From Marsupella aquatica (taxonomy: Eukaryota; Plantae; Marchantiophyta): a stretch of 64,000 bases of DNA. Location of the stretch: positions 22,523,784 to 22,587,783 of the forward strand of contig OZ316891.1 of the NCBI GenBank assembly GCA_973895155.1. The letters run 5' to 3'. The notes below the pieces were generated by a model. That model saw nothing but the letters and a program-made list of their open reading frames with translations, was not told the DNA's origin and did not search any database. Within the stretch, counting starts at the first letter, position 1; each line of letters opens with the position of its first letter. Below are positions 50,904-61,936 of the stretch, one piece after another. Made by a program: the position numbers and the translations under genes.

Positions 50904-53900
50904 TTTTTTTTTTTGCCTCGAAAAGACTCAATGAAATCCATTCAAAAAGCCAGAATACAGAAAGGGGGCCAAAAGCAACCACCCGGAAGGACCAGAGGTC
51001 AAGGTGCCGGGGCCGGTGAAGCCGGAACCGAGTAAGAAGCCACGCCTCAAAAAAGGCAGCCAAACTAGAAATTTGGAAACTACTACAGGAGCAGCACACC
51101 CCCAAAGACCGGTCAGTGAACAGGGACCGGCGAGGTACTGAACAGTAGGTCCGTGAAAGAAAAACAATCAGTCTACCAGTAGTGCAGCTTCAAAACCCAA
51201 AGGATCCGTTGAATCATGGAGGACGCGGAGGAACAGGTTGAACCTGAAGTGTGTCTTCATGAATCTGCCATAAGCCATCCCACGCTCCAAATGCCCGGGC
51301 CAGGTCCCGTCGTGCATCAGCGAAGGTGGTCTTCCCTGACCGAATCCTGGCCCTATGTCTGGCCCAGTCACGTTTGAGGTAAATGCCAAGGCGTTGCCAG
51401 GCCTTCCTGATGACTCCGTGAGGATTTGGTCGTGTATGCTCAATAAAGTGTGTGCATCGGTCCTTCCAGATATTCCAGCAAATAATAGCCCCGAGAAGAT
51501 GCCAGAGCTTTGCTGGAATGTCCCACGTTTCTGGAAGTTCAGCCCCGACAAAAATGTGGACTGGTAGGAGGAGGATCGGTCCTGCTCCGTGAGAGAACGC
51601 GCATTGTTGAAGAATGACTTGCACCCAGGTCCATATCCCCTGAGACACAGCACACTCCCAAATGCAATGAACGATGTCTTCGTGTTGGCTCAAACCGCAT
51701 CTAGTGCACCATGTACTAGGATCAGTGGGTGGGAGACGAGGAAACCTCCAGTGCTGTGTCGCCGGGATGCGGTAAAGCAGTTGCCACAGGTAACAGCTTT
51801 CCCGAGCAGCACAAAAGGGGAGCCAGGTGCGTGTCCATAGTGTTCCAGGGTCAGGGGTCCAGTTCAGTCGAAGTGCCCATTTGTGCAAGGCCTTGTGGAG
51901 GATTCTGGGGGATCTCCCCTGGATTACCCGTAAATGAGCAGTGGACGTATCCAGGAAAGGAAGGCCATCCTTCCACTCGTGCTGGAGCAAGGGTGCCAAA
52001 AGGCCGATGGGCCTCCCGATGCGAAGCATGAGGGCTGCAGCAGCACTCGACTTCCTAACCAAAACCCTGTGCAGGAGTGCCTCCGGTGGTGGTGCAAAAG
52101 TGGCCATCTTGTGTAGACAGTTGTTGATGACTTGGAAGGTCCGTTTTGGTGCTGAGGTAGCCTGGGCGAATTGCCATTGGGTCGTAATGAGTTGCCTCAT
52201 GGTAGAGAACTCCCAGATGTACAGGTTGCCATTCGGAAGCCATGCTTCCATGAAAATTGGGAGTACTCCTCTAGGCTCATGGTGCAGTTCCGGAACACTC
52301 TTGAGATTGGCTATCATCTTCTGGTAAGCGCAAGCACAATTCCGGGGTAAAAGTGCACTAGGCCCGTCCTCCCACCTCAGGAAGTGCCCCTGTGCATCCA
52401 GGACATCCTGCATCAAATGAAAACCTGCCCTCCTGATTTTACGTTGTGGATTGCTGTGGCACTTCGCCCCACTGGAGTTGATATGGTTGAGATGAGGTCG
52501 CCAGAGAGGGAGGTGCCTCCACCCTTCTAAGTGTCCCGGAGGTGTGGGCCTCAAATGTTTCTTGACAACATTCCATGCAGTGCAGACATTGATCCAGACC
52601 TGTGAGCCATCCCGAGGGAGAGTATGGCAGTGAGAGAATGCCCACGTAAACTCGTCAGCTCCCCATTTTTGCAAAGAGAGTTTCCTAATTTCAAATTGAA
52701 GGAGTCATCACAGGGGGTGATCTCCTTCCGCCAAAGCCCAAATTATGAAACTCCCAGCCAAAGCTCGGAATTGTGTCACCAAGGAGATCAATCCGAGTCC
52801 CCCGTGACTCTTAGGCTTGGTGATAGTTGCAAAATCAACCCTGGCCCGAGCCTTAGTGTTCTGCCCCGCCCACCCAAAGGCGGTAATCTTCTTTTGCAAG
52901 TTGTCTAGCGTGCTAAGCTGCCCCGCCCATATGGTAAGAGAGAACCACAGAGTGCTCAGAACCAAGTGATTGGCCACAATGACCCGGGCGATCAGCGAGC
53001 CAGAGGTCTTACGGACTTTATCCAATCTAGACTCCAGCTTTTCAGATAGATAATGGACCATCTGATGTTCCGAAATGTGCTGCGCGATAGGAATCCCAAG
53101 GAGCTTAGTGGCGCTGTGTTCATCTTCCCACCCCCAGGGTAGCCGCCTGAATTCAATTGGGATCCTCCGTGGAGAAATGTATGCGGCCTTGGTTTTTTCC
53201 CAGGCACAGAAAAGGCCGGAAGCCTTGCCGAAGAGGTCTAGAACCAGCTTGCTTCTATCGAGAAATTGCGTCACGGCCTGAATCAGTAGGGCTAAGTCGT
53301 CAGCAAACAAATTATGAATATTGTGTACCCCCAGGTGTGGGATGTCGACCCCCTGAATGGAGCCCCTGCTGACTTCTCTGCTTAAGATGTTGCTAAGGGA
53401 GTCGATCGCAATAAGAAAAAGTAGAGGAGACAATGGACACCCCTGTCTCACCGAGCGGGCAAGGTTAAAAGGTGAGGCCATCTTCCCATTAAGAAGCACT
53501 GCCGAAAATGCAGAGGCATGGGTGGCACTCAGAAATCGCGTGAGCAGGCCGTTGAACCCCGTCTTCTCCAAGATTGACAGCAGGAAATGCCATTCAAGCT
53601 TGTCGAAGGCCTTGATGATGTCTAGCTTCAGTAGTATGTAATCCAAGCCAGATGTCTTAGCATGGTGCAGCGTTTCGTTTAGAAGCATAAGAGAATGGTG
53701 GATGTTGCGCCCCGGGAGGAAGGCAAATTGCTGAGGCGAGATGAAACGCTGTAAAATCGGAATAAGCCGCATCTGGAAAGCTTTAGCTCCGATCTTATGG
53801 GCTACATTCAACAACGTAATGGGGCGCTTATTGGTGAGGGATCTTTGGTTGTCTTTCTTTGGGAGGAGGACAATGAGGCCCCGGGTGATCTCGGGAGAGA

Positions 53901-54126
53901 AGTCCTCCTCAGCCAGGCCAAGCAAAAGTGCTCTGTGAAGCGATGGGCCCACCGTGTGCCAATTTGCCACGAAGAATTCGACGGGGACCCCGTCTGGGCC
54001 AGGGCATCTATTGAATGCCAGCGCAGCTGCTGCTTTCCCAAGTTCTTCCACCGTGAGGGGTGCATTGAGCAGATTCTGATCCTCCAACGTGATGCGCCTA
54101 GATTGTAACTCGAGGACCTGAGACAC
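50904..54126 (-). mobile_element. 5'-truncated non-LTR retrotransposon (L1/Tx1-like LINE): RT plus zf-RVT
   Basis: RT motifs PGPDG, RPITLLN, QFAFLPGR, KLDIIKAFD, VRQGCPLSP, LFADD; CTRC..EDIVHCIWEC. Poly(A) (T11 on +) at 50904-50914. TSD TGCTGCCAATCAGC(TTTT) at 50890 and 54127. No endonuclease domain or ORF1. Confidence 0.93.
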
Positions 54127-54329
54127 TGCTGCCAATCAGCTTTTGAATGTGTGGAAAGGTCGGACATTAAATGATTGAATTGGGCAATTGATACAGGACT
54201 ATAGATACAGCTTTAGGTGGTTTTAATGGTCATCATCATCAAAATGCTTCTCAGACATGGCCAAATGAAAAGTATACCCTTGTTAATAATTTATTTGAAC
54301 ATTTTGCTTCACCATGCTGTCGCCCCTGT

Positions 54330-55580
54330 CACCTCTACATTTCCCCTATCACCCTCGGATCTTGCAGAGGGACCTCTCTTTTCACCCTGCAGTTTCCCTG
54401 TCACCCTTTGTTTGTCCCTGTTCACCTGCAGTTTCCCCTATCACACTTTGTTCTCTTTGGAAATGGACAGACTTGTTTAGAGCCCTCACTTTGCCCCTAT
54501 CACACTTTATTTCTCAGTGGAGAGAGCTCAATGGAGCTCTAACTGAGCTTTATTTGGAAGCTCAGTATGATTTTGATTTGAAAATAATACAATCTTACTG
54601 CAAGGAATTTTCTGCATTTCATTGTCCTCTCTCAAGTATAAAGCATGGCTCGGTTGCAGCTATTATGAAGTGGAACTCACATCATACTTTTTGAAATACT
54701 CAAAATACAACCTATTAGAAAGTTATGGAACTTGTGGTGGACAATGTTACAGTCCATTTGGGCTATTTAAATCTACATTTAGGGCTTACTCTTGTTATCC
54801 ATGGCCACTGGGGAGTCATGGCTGTAGCCCCCTAGGGCTCACTCCACTAGGGATCACCCGCCTTGGGGATTACATCCCGTAACCCCCTTGCAGCAATGGG
54901 TTACCCTACACCACTTAACTGATCTTCTCAATCCCTGACCACTTGGGGTCATGGCTACCCCCTTAGGTTCACCACCTGGAGCATTACTTCCCAAAACCGC
55001 CTTGCAGCCATGGGTTACCCTGCACCTCTTAATTGATCATACCCAATTTCCCTGGTTGTACTTGGGGATCTTGAACTTACTTCTTGCTGATGATTCACCA
55101 CAAAGACTCACTTCTAGGAGTAACATGTTTAACATTTAATGGTGTCCTGCAGTTCATTGAACATTGACTCGAAACAGCAACAGCCGGCCCCCCTGCTGGA
55201 ATAAAAAAAATTCTAAGTACTACTAGCTGCATGTGAAACCCATCTTTGGGGGAGGATGTAGTCTGAGTTGGTGGTCATTGTCTGCCTTATAGATTTGCTT
55301 GAAGATGCAATTTATTATGTAATTGCATTTCCAAGTATCGTAGGTAAATGAACCCCATCTTTAAACCCCATCTTTGAGAGTATTAGAATGAATGAACCCC
55401 ACCTTTAGGATGAGATAAATGCTAAAAGAGGACACTCCCCTAGGATACATCCCACACAGCCCCCTTCCCACCATGGGTTACCCTATACCACTTAAGTCAC
55501 CCAACGCCATTTATTTGATCCTATATTCCCAACTTAATTGATTGTAGTCGGGGTTCTTGAACTTAGTTCTTGCTGACGAT
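54330..55580. repeat. Internally repetitive, unclassified repeat region
   Basis: Short TTTCCC(C)TRTCAC repeats at 54330-54505; ATGGGTTACCCT..ACC.CTTAA at ~54897, 55010, 55473; CTTGAACTTA.TTCTTGCTGA at ~55070 and ~55556. Confidence 0.45.
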
Positions 55581-55740
55581 TGTGCGTCATAATGGGCATA
55601 GTTCACGCCTCCACCGCCGTCTTTCTCTAGGACAGAGCTCCCACACTTGGTTCTCTCTCGACTCTTGTAGAGTTGTAGTATTCCTTGTTGCTTCTCCCTC
55701 CATCATTCCGGCCAAGGAATTTCTTGCGGGTTCTCACTCC

Positions 55741-56131
55741 AGCATTGCCCCTTGCAGCTGCCCAATTTCTTGGGTAGGTTCTCACTGCAGCTGTGATTGA
55801 GCTGAGTGAGCAATTCCTGGTGTGTGGATTCTCAGTTCGCCAGCATTGCAGCACGGCATTTTCTTGGGTAGGTTCTCGCTGCAGCTGTGATTGAGCTGAG
55901 TGAGCAATTCCTTGTGTGTGGATTCTCAGTTCGTCAGCATTGCAGCACGGCATTTTCTTGGGTTGGTTCTCCACTGCAGCACTGACTGATTGAGCTGAGT
56001 GAGCAATTCCTTGTGTGTGGATTCTCAGTCCGTCAGCATTGCAGCTGGCCATTTTCTCTGGGTAGGTTCTCACTGCAGCACTGAGTAAGCTGAGTGAGCA
56101 ATTTCTTGTTTGTAGATTCAGCATTGCAGCA
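55741..56131. repeat. Tandem repeat, ~4 units of 94-99 bp, ending ~115 bp upstream of the NRPD7/E7-like ATG
   Basis: GCTGAGTGAGCAATT..TGTGTGGATTCTCAGT..CAGCATTGCAGC..GGGTAGGTTCTCACTGCAGC recurs with anchors at ~55801, 55895, 55994, 56089. Confidence 0.85.
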
Positions 56132-56247
56132 GAAAGATATTCCTGGTAGAGCTGCATTGGAGACTTTGGAGCCTTCTTTTCTTCGAGAGCGAGTGAGAGT
56201 ATTTGGAGCCCTCTTTCTTCGAGACCGATTTGTGAGGGAGTGGCCAG

Positions 56248-58167
56248 ATGTTTGCTGAAGTGGAGTTTGAGTGGACGGTTCTGGTGCAGCCCGATGCCAT
56301 GAGAAGCAGCGCCCACATTCACAAAGCGGTGGTAAGCTTTCTCTGCTTTTGCCTCCTGATTTATTCGCTCTTTGCCCAACGTCTGACCCACAACAGAAGA
56401 AAGAAAGAAAGGAAGAAAGAAAATCCTTCATTCTAGCGAAAGAATCTATATCTGAATATTGGTAAATTGATTCATGTGGAAGCCTTCTAAAGTACCCTCT
56501 GTTTTCAAGAAGACCAAGACAGGGAATCTTGAAATATGTGCTACATTGTGCGAGCATTTCAAACTCGTGTATGTACAGTAGCTGAAGGGGACGCCCTCTA
56601 CACTGTAGAGATTGATTTATAACTCTGCTCAGTTTGCAACATCTAAATCCGTGCCGGGGTGGCGACAATCTTGTCCATTGGGTGACGGTGAGCTTCAGTC
56701 TTACAATGAGGAAAAACGAAGACACAGACGAAACCTTTGAAGAAAACTTTGGACTGGAGACCAGGACTTTTCCCCTCCTCTTTCCCGCCTTGGTACTAGC
56801 AGGGGCCAAATCGAAGGAACCAAATGGAAGGAACCATTTCTTTCAGTGGGAGCCGAGCGGGTCACCTAGACCCCGTTGTCTGATTAGTATTCCCCTTGTT
56901 TTGGTACAGATTGTGGCATTGCTCAAGGATTTCCAGGACGTGAAGTGCACGGCACAGCATGGATATCATGTTGCCGTCACTACCCTTGAGAGCATCGGCG
57001 AGGGAAGGATTTGGGAGCGGCGGGCATGCGCTGCGTTTCCCGTCCGTTTTCGATGTATCGTGTTCAACGTCTTCAAGTCCGAGCACGTCTTCTCTGTCGT
57101 CACGGAGGTGTAATTTTTCTCTACTCGAATCCCATTATCATCCCTTTTACTTTCTAATACTGGATTTCAAAGACCGCGAGTCTGTTTTCTTCCCCTAACG
57201 GATGCATGTGAGAGATTGTGAGATTGGTCGTCCTGGCCTTCAGAACGGGAAGAGAGAAGGTTGGTATGGACTCTTCCAAGCAGTAGAATCACTAAGGTAG
57301 AAAGCCAGAAATCGAATGGACTTCACATTGGACTTTCGCCCTCCACACAAAAAAATCTCGACCTCGGCGTCAACTGTCTGAAATTCGTTACCGAATTCTG
57401 AAGGCATCTGACATCCTTGGGTTGGTGAGGACCAGATAGCTATAGTGGAAAATGCCGAAATATTTCATGAAGGACCTTGTAATCAAGCGACTGGAGTATT
57501 GCCTTGACACTAGAGTAAGAGAAACTGATGCATATATTGTGGAGCAAGAGAAATTAAAGCGTAAGGTGCAGGGGAATTGAAATTGAGGGAGAAGTATCAT
57601 GGAGTTATTGTATCAGAAGAAGGTGTACCATAGAATCACAAACTGAAGCATTCAGTAATTATACAGTCTCAGAAACTGAATTAGGAAAACTGTGCACTAA
57701 TGTATCGCAAGGTACAAAACCTGAACTGCAATGTACATTCTGTGTGGCAGGCAGCGTCGTCTGGAATTTCGTCGAGATGTGGATGCTTCGAAAATCTTTT
57801 CATCTCACCAAAATTCTTGGCAGAGTACGAGGTTTTGAGCACGGAGATCGATGGTCTAGAAGTAACCAAGTGGCGGCATTGCATAAACGGAAGCACGATA
57901 AAGAAAGGCGATGTGATTCGAGTGCAAATCTTGGGCACCAAGTGGGACCCTTCTGAACGAGGATTGTCTGCGGTGGGCACTCTCTCTGGCGTCGATGAGA
58001 GGTGGCAGAAAGCAACGCCCAAAGCCAATTTTGAATCAGAGAGCTCACGGAAAGTGGCTGGTGATAGCTCGTGGGGAGACCCACTGCCACAGGAGGATGA
58101 TATCGAGGCTTCGGGATGGGGAGACCCAATCACCAATGAGGAGGGTGATCATGGCGGATGGGCCTGA
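56248..58167 (+). CDS. NRPE7: RNA polymerase subunit 7 (Rpb7 family), NRPD7/NRPE7-like (Pol IV/V), 3 exons, ~232 aa, with C-terminal WG/GW extension
   Basis: Exons 56248-56331, 56910-57107, 57751-58167 (GT-AG, phase 0, 699 nt). MFAEVEFEWTVLV, LLKDF...HGYHVAVTTLESIGEGRI...FPVRFRCIVFNVFK.E, RCG..ENLFIS, IRVQILGTKW...ER.LSAVGTL.G. AVTTL..IGEG, RCG..EN and G.KW...ER resemble NRPD/E7 more than NRPB7. Confidence 0.8.
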
Positions 58168-59997
58168 CATGTCTGTCATACACTTAGCTGATTAATGAAC
58201 AAAAGCAGGCCGCATCGGAGTTGCCTCTCAGGGACAGGAAGGCCGCCTCTGGTGCAATTCAATCCCGAGAGGCTCAGACTTTTTGCGCATTTCTGCTCTC
58301 CGAGAAGGTTGGATCTAGTTTATGAAATCAATCCTTGTGCCACCCCATTACGCCTCCCTCTCAAGGCCCTCCAGTGTATTCTGATGACGATCATTTCTCT
58401 TACCTCCTTGAAAAAGGATTGGTGGGAGATGGCAGCCGATGGAGGGATCCGCTCAATTTGGCTACAAATGTGTACCTGATATCTCAGATATCTAGGTACT
58501 GTTGTTCGCACCGAGAATCTCTGCAAAGGTGCTGTAGCAGGCCACCAAGCTGTTCATAGTGCAACCTTCGGACAACACCTTCTGTCATAAGCTGAAATCG
58601 AGTCGGGAATATGCAGTTTGTTCTATGGAGGGTGCTTCGGTTTTACGAGGCACCATTTCAAGAGAGATATGCGCTACCTACTCCTTACTTCCTTATCACA
58701 TCTTTTTGTCAAGATTACTCGCATTGCAACACCAGGCACGGTGTTTAGGATAGGGAGTGGCAAATATGCCAATGGACTGTTTTGGGAGGCTTGGCAGATT
58801 TTGGAGACCATATCACCAATTGAGATCTGGTAGAGTAGGGGCCTCTATTTCTAGTCAACGACCGGATGTTAGAACTGCTAGATCCTGATGAGACTGTATT
58901 GTCCCCTAAGAAATCAATGACCTGCTTTCCTCGTGCTGTTGTGAGGAAAGTAAATACCCTTTGGATGCTATACCTGGACACCATGAGTTTGTAAGACAAA
59001 AAGATGAAGGGTACTCGTCAGGGAACAAATCAAGTCTGGAGTTTAGGGATCTGGAAGTCTGTAAATTTTCTGGTCAGCTCCTTCAATGGCCAACCGTGCC
59101 CTCTGTACCAGACTATTCAAGGTCTTCATCTGGGTACTCCGTCTGCAATGTCAGTGTAATGTATTTCTAAATTCGCGTTTAAGCTTGGGGGTTGATTTCA
59201 TTACCCCCGAGCCTGTCGAGGTAGGACACTGCTGGCAGACAGGGGAGGTTTTTTGTCAGGAAGGCCCAATAGTTTGTAGCTTTTAGGTAAGGCATGGTTG
59301 TTTTGATGATCTTGGAGCCTGTCAATGTTTCCCATCGATCACTCTTGTCAGTACACGTTCATTTTTCATCCATCGTGGAGACTGGCCTTCGTCATTTCTG
59401 CTCCGCCCTTGTTCCACAATATATGGATAATTGGGTATATAGGACTCGAAGCAGGAGAGGAAAGTTCACAGACATGAGTACAAACACAATTGCTCGAGGA
59501 CACAATCGGCTCCACCCCTGCGAAGTTTGGTGGAGTCTTATGAACAATATTCCAATAGAGTGCCTATGAACAGAGTTATGGACCACAATCACAACTGTGC
59601 GTGGACTGTCGAGAAGGTGCTTAAAATATGTCCAAACAGAAGAAATAGTTGAGCTTCCATTTAATACAGAAGGAGGTGACACACCTGGAGAAACAAACTT
59701 ACAGAATTATCTACAGTACCGACAAAGCGAACTAATCACGTAATGGTCGAGAATAGAAAACAGCGACGACAGAAATAATAAGGCAGAACGAGACCAATAT
59801 CTCCAGCAGCAGACGCTGTCAAGGAACACTCAGGTGCTGATGTAGGAAAGTAGATTGGAGGTTCAGCTTCAAAGATGAGTGTCCCAAGTGGTTCGGAGCT
59901 TTCATGTATACATGAATGCTTGCAAGGGTGCAAAGAAGAAGTGGAGATCCGACACTGATTAAGCATTACGACACGTCTTCATAGAAAGGTTTGTCGC

Positions 59998-61936
59998 TCA
60001 AACCCCCAAAGCCCCCAGTTCATGTGTCACAACGAGTGCGTTAAAATTTTTGGAGTTACCATTTGTGCTTTTCCCAAAACGCTGCAGACTGAAATGCGAC
60101 AGCCAACTTCCAGATTTACCTCCCGAGGCAGCTCCAGTGAGAGCCAAGTCGGCCATGATTCTGCCCACTATCGGTCCCATCTTGAATCCATGCCCAGAGA
60201 AGCCACCTGCAACTAAAATGTCTGGGCAGGACGGGAGGGAGTCCAAGATGAAATCCTCGTCCGCAGTCATGCTGTAGAGGCATCCCTCTGCCAGCACCGG
60301 TGCTTCGTGCTTCACCTTCCCCTTGAACGTCGCTGCTATCCAGGGAGACACGGTCGCCTTGAGCATGCCCAGGTCTGGAGCGACCGTCCGTTTGTCGGGG
60401 TTGCACGGGTGGCCCGTGTGGTTGCTCACTTTGATCATCCCGGGGTACTCGATCGCTGGAGTTCCATAGATGAAAGGCACGTCGTAGCAGACGAAGACTG
60501 GGAATCCACCCACTTCCGTGTACAAATGGGCCTCCGAGTCGTCTGCCACTGACCAATAAGCATATGTAGTATGCAGTGGTGTGATCGGTAGCTCCTTCCC
60601 TGACAATTGACGGAAAGAAGCTTTCAGTTCCATCTCCACTTTTGTAGGTAAATCCACTTGTCCATTCAATGAGTATTCACTGAGCGTTTGTGGAAATCAG
60701 ACGATTGAGTCTGATTTGGAGTTCTCCTGCACTCGCTGTTCAGATTTTGTGATATGTGACACTTCTGATCGAGGCAAAAGTTGTGAACCATTTGCATCCT
60801 CGTGGACTCACATTAATTCATGTATTCTTGCTTTTCTTCATTCGTTCGTCCATTTACTCATTTCATTTGTCGTTCATTCATTCGTTCAGTGAGAGCTAGA
60901 GCTAGAGCTCATCATGCGGGAAGACTGGCAGTCCTTCATTCATTCCTCATCTGACTGATTGTTTGCTGGATTCTGTCAGAACAAGTGCTCATGCCGTGGG
61001 AAATTTCGAGGTCTGGAATTGGCATTTGATTTCTTGTAAGCCCTTAATTTGTTGCCATCTGAGAAGCATGACTATTTCTCTCTTTCGTTGTTCTTTCCTC
61101 CTACATTTGGCCTTGGACTTTCTGAGTCTTACTCTCAACTTTTTTGTGAATAAGAACCACATGACATAGCATTATGCGGTGCGCACCCGAAGAGAAAAGG
61201 ATACTGAACAAATAATAGAAGAAAAGATAGCACGAGCATAAGTTAGGAGCTCTGACTGACCTGTGACTTGCGCCACCAATTTCCCCATCCAAGGACCTCC
61301 AGCGAGAACGCACTTTCGTCCCAGAGCATTTCCTCGGCTTGTGCTTACGACAACTCCGTCAGTTCCGTCCAGGGACGAATTGGGAGTGATTTTCGTGACT
61401 TTCGCTCGATCTCGCAACGTTGCTCCGTGTTTTGCAGCGAGCGATAGGAACATGGCCACTGCTTTGGATGCGTGTATTATTCCTCCTTGCTTGGTATAGA
61501 CCCCATGCCAGTCTTCGGCGATATGAATCACGCGGAACCGATCCAGGACCTCCGCTGGATTCAAAATCTCGTGCTCGACGTTGAGTTTCTGCAGAGATTT
61601 CACCACCGACGCCAGACTTGCGCTGCTCTTGGGGCCGAGATCTAGTCCTCCTGATCTAGTGTACACGGCGTAGCCAGCGTCCTGCTGAGCTTCTTCCCAA
61701 AGCGAGTAAGCCTCGAGCATCATCTCGACGTAGTACTCCTCCGGGTAGGATATGCGGATGATCCGCGACTCCCCGTGAGATGAGCCTCGGTGGTGCAGGA
61801 AATTGTATTGCTCCAGAAGGAGCACCGATTTGCCTCTCTTCGCGAGCTCATACGCCGTGCAGGCGCCCATGATCCCTGCTCCCACGACCACCACATCGTA
61901 GACACCGGACACCTCTTCTCCGTGCAACGATTTCAT
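59998..61936 (-). CDS. SOX: Sarcosine oxidase / L-pipecolate oxidase (MSOX family flavoprotein), 2 exons, ~425 aa
   Basis: Exons 61936-61261 and 60599-59998 (GT-AG, phase 1, 1278 nt). DVVVVGAGIMG FAD motif, HHRGSSHGESR, IYGTPAIEYPG, CLYSMT.DEDFILD (covalent-FAD Cys), GGFSGHGFKMGP. Confidence 0.92.

Noticed and set aside
55627-56809. Minus-strand ORFs of 254 aa and 258 aa
   Set aside because: They arise from the tandem repeat and the antisense of NRPD7/E7 exon 1 and intron 1; no recognisable domain.
58195-59600. Possible decayed F-box/kelch-like gene (AADGG and CN-like fragments)
   Set aside because: Only very short motif resemblances across broken frames; needs a translated search to support.
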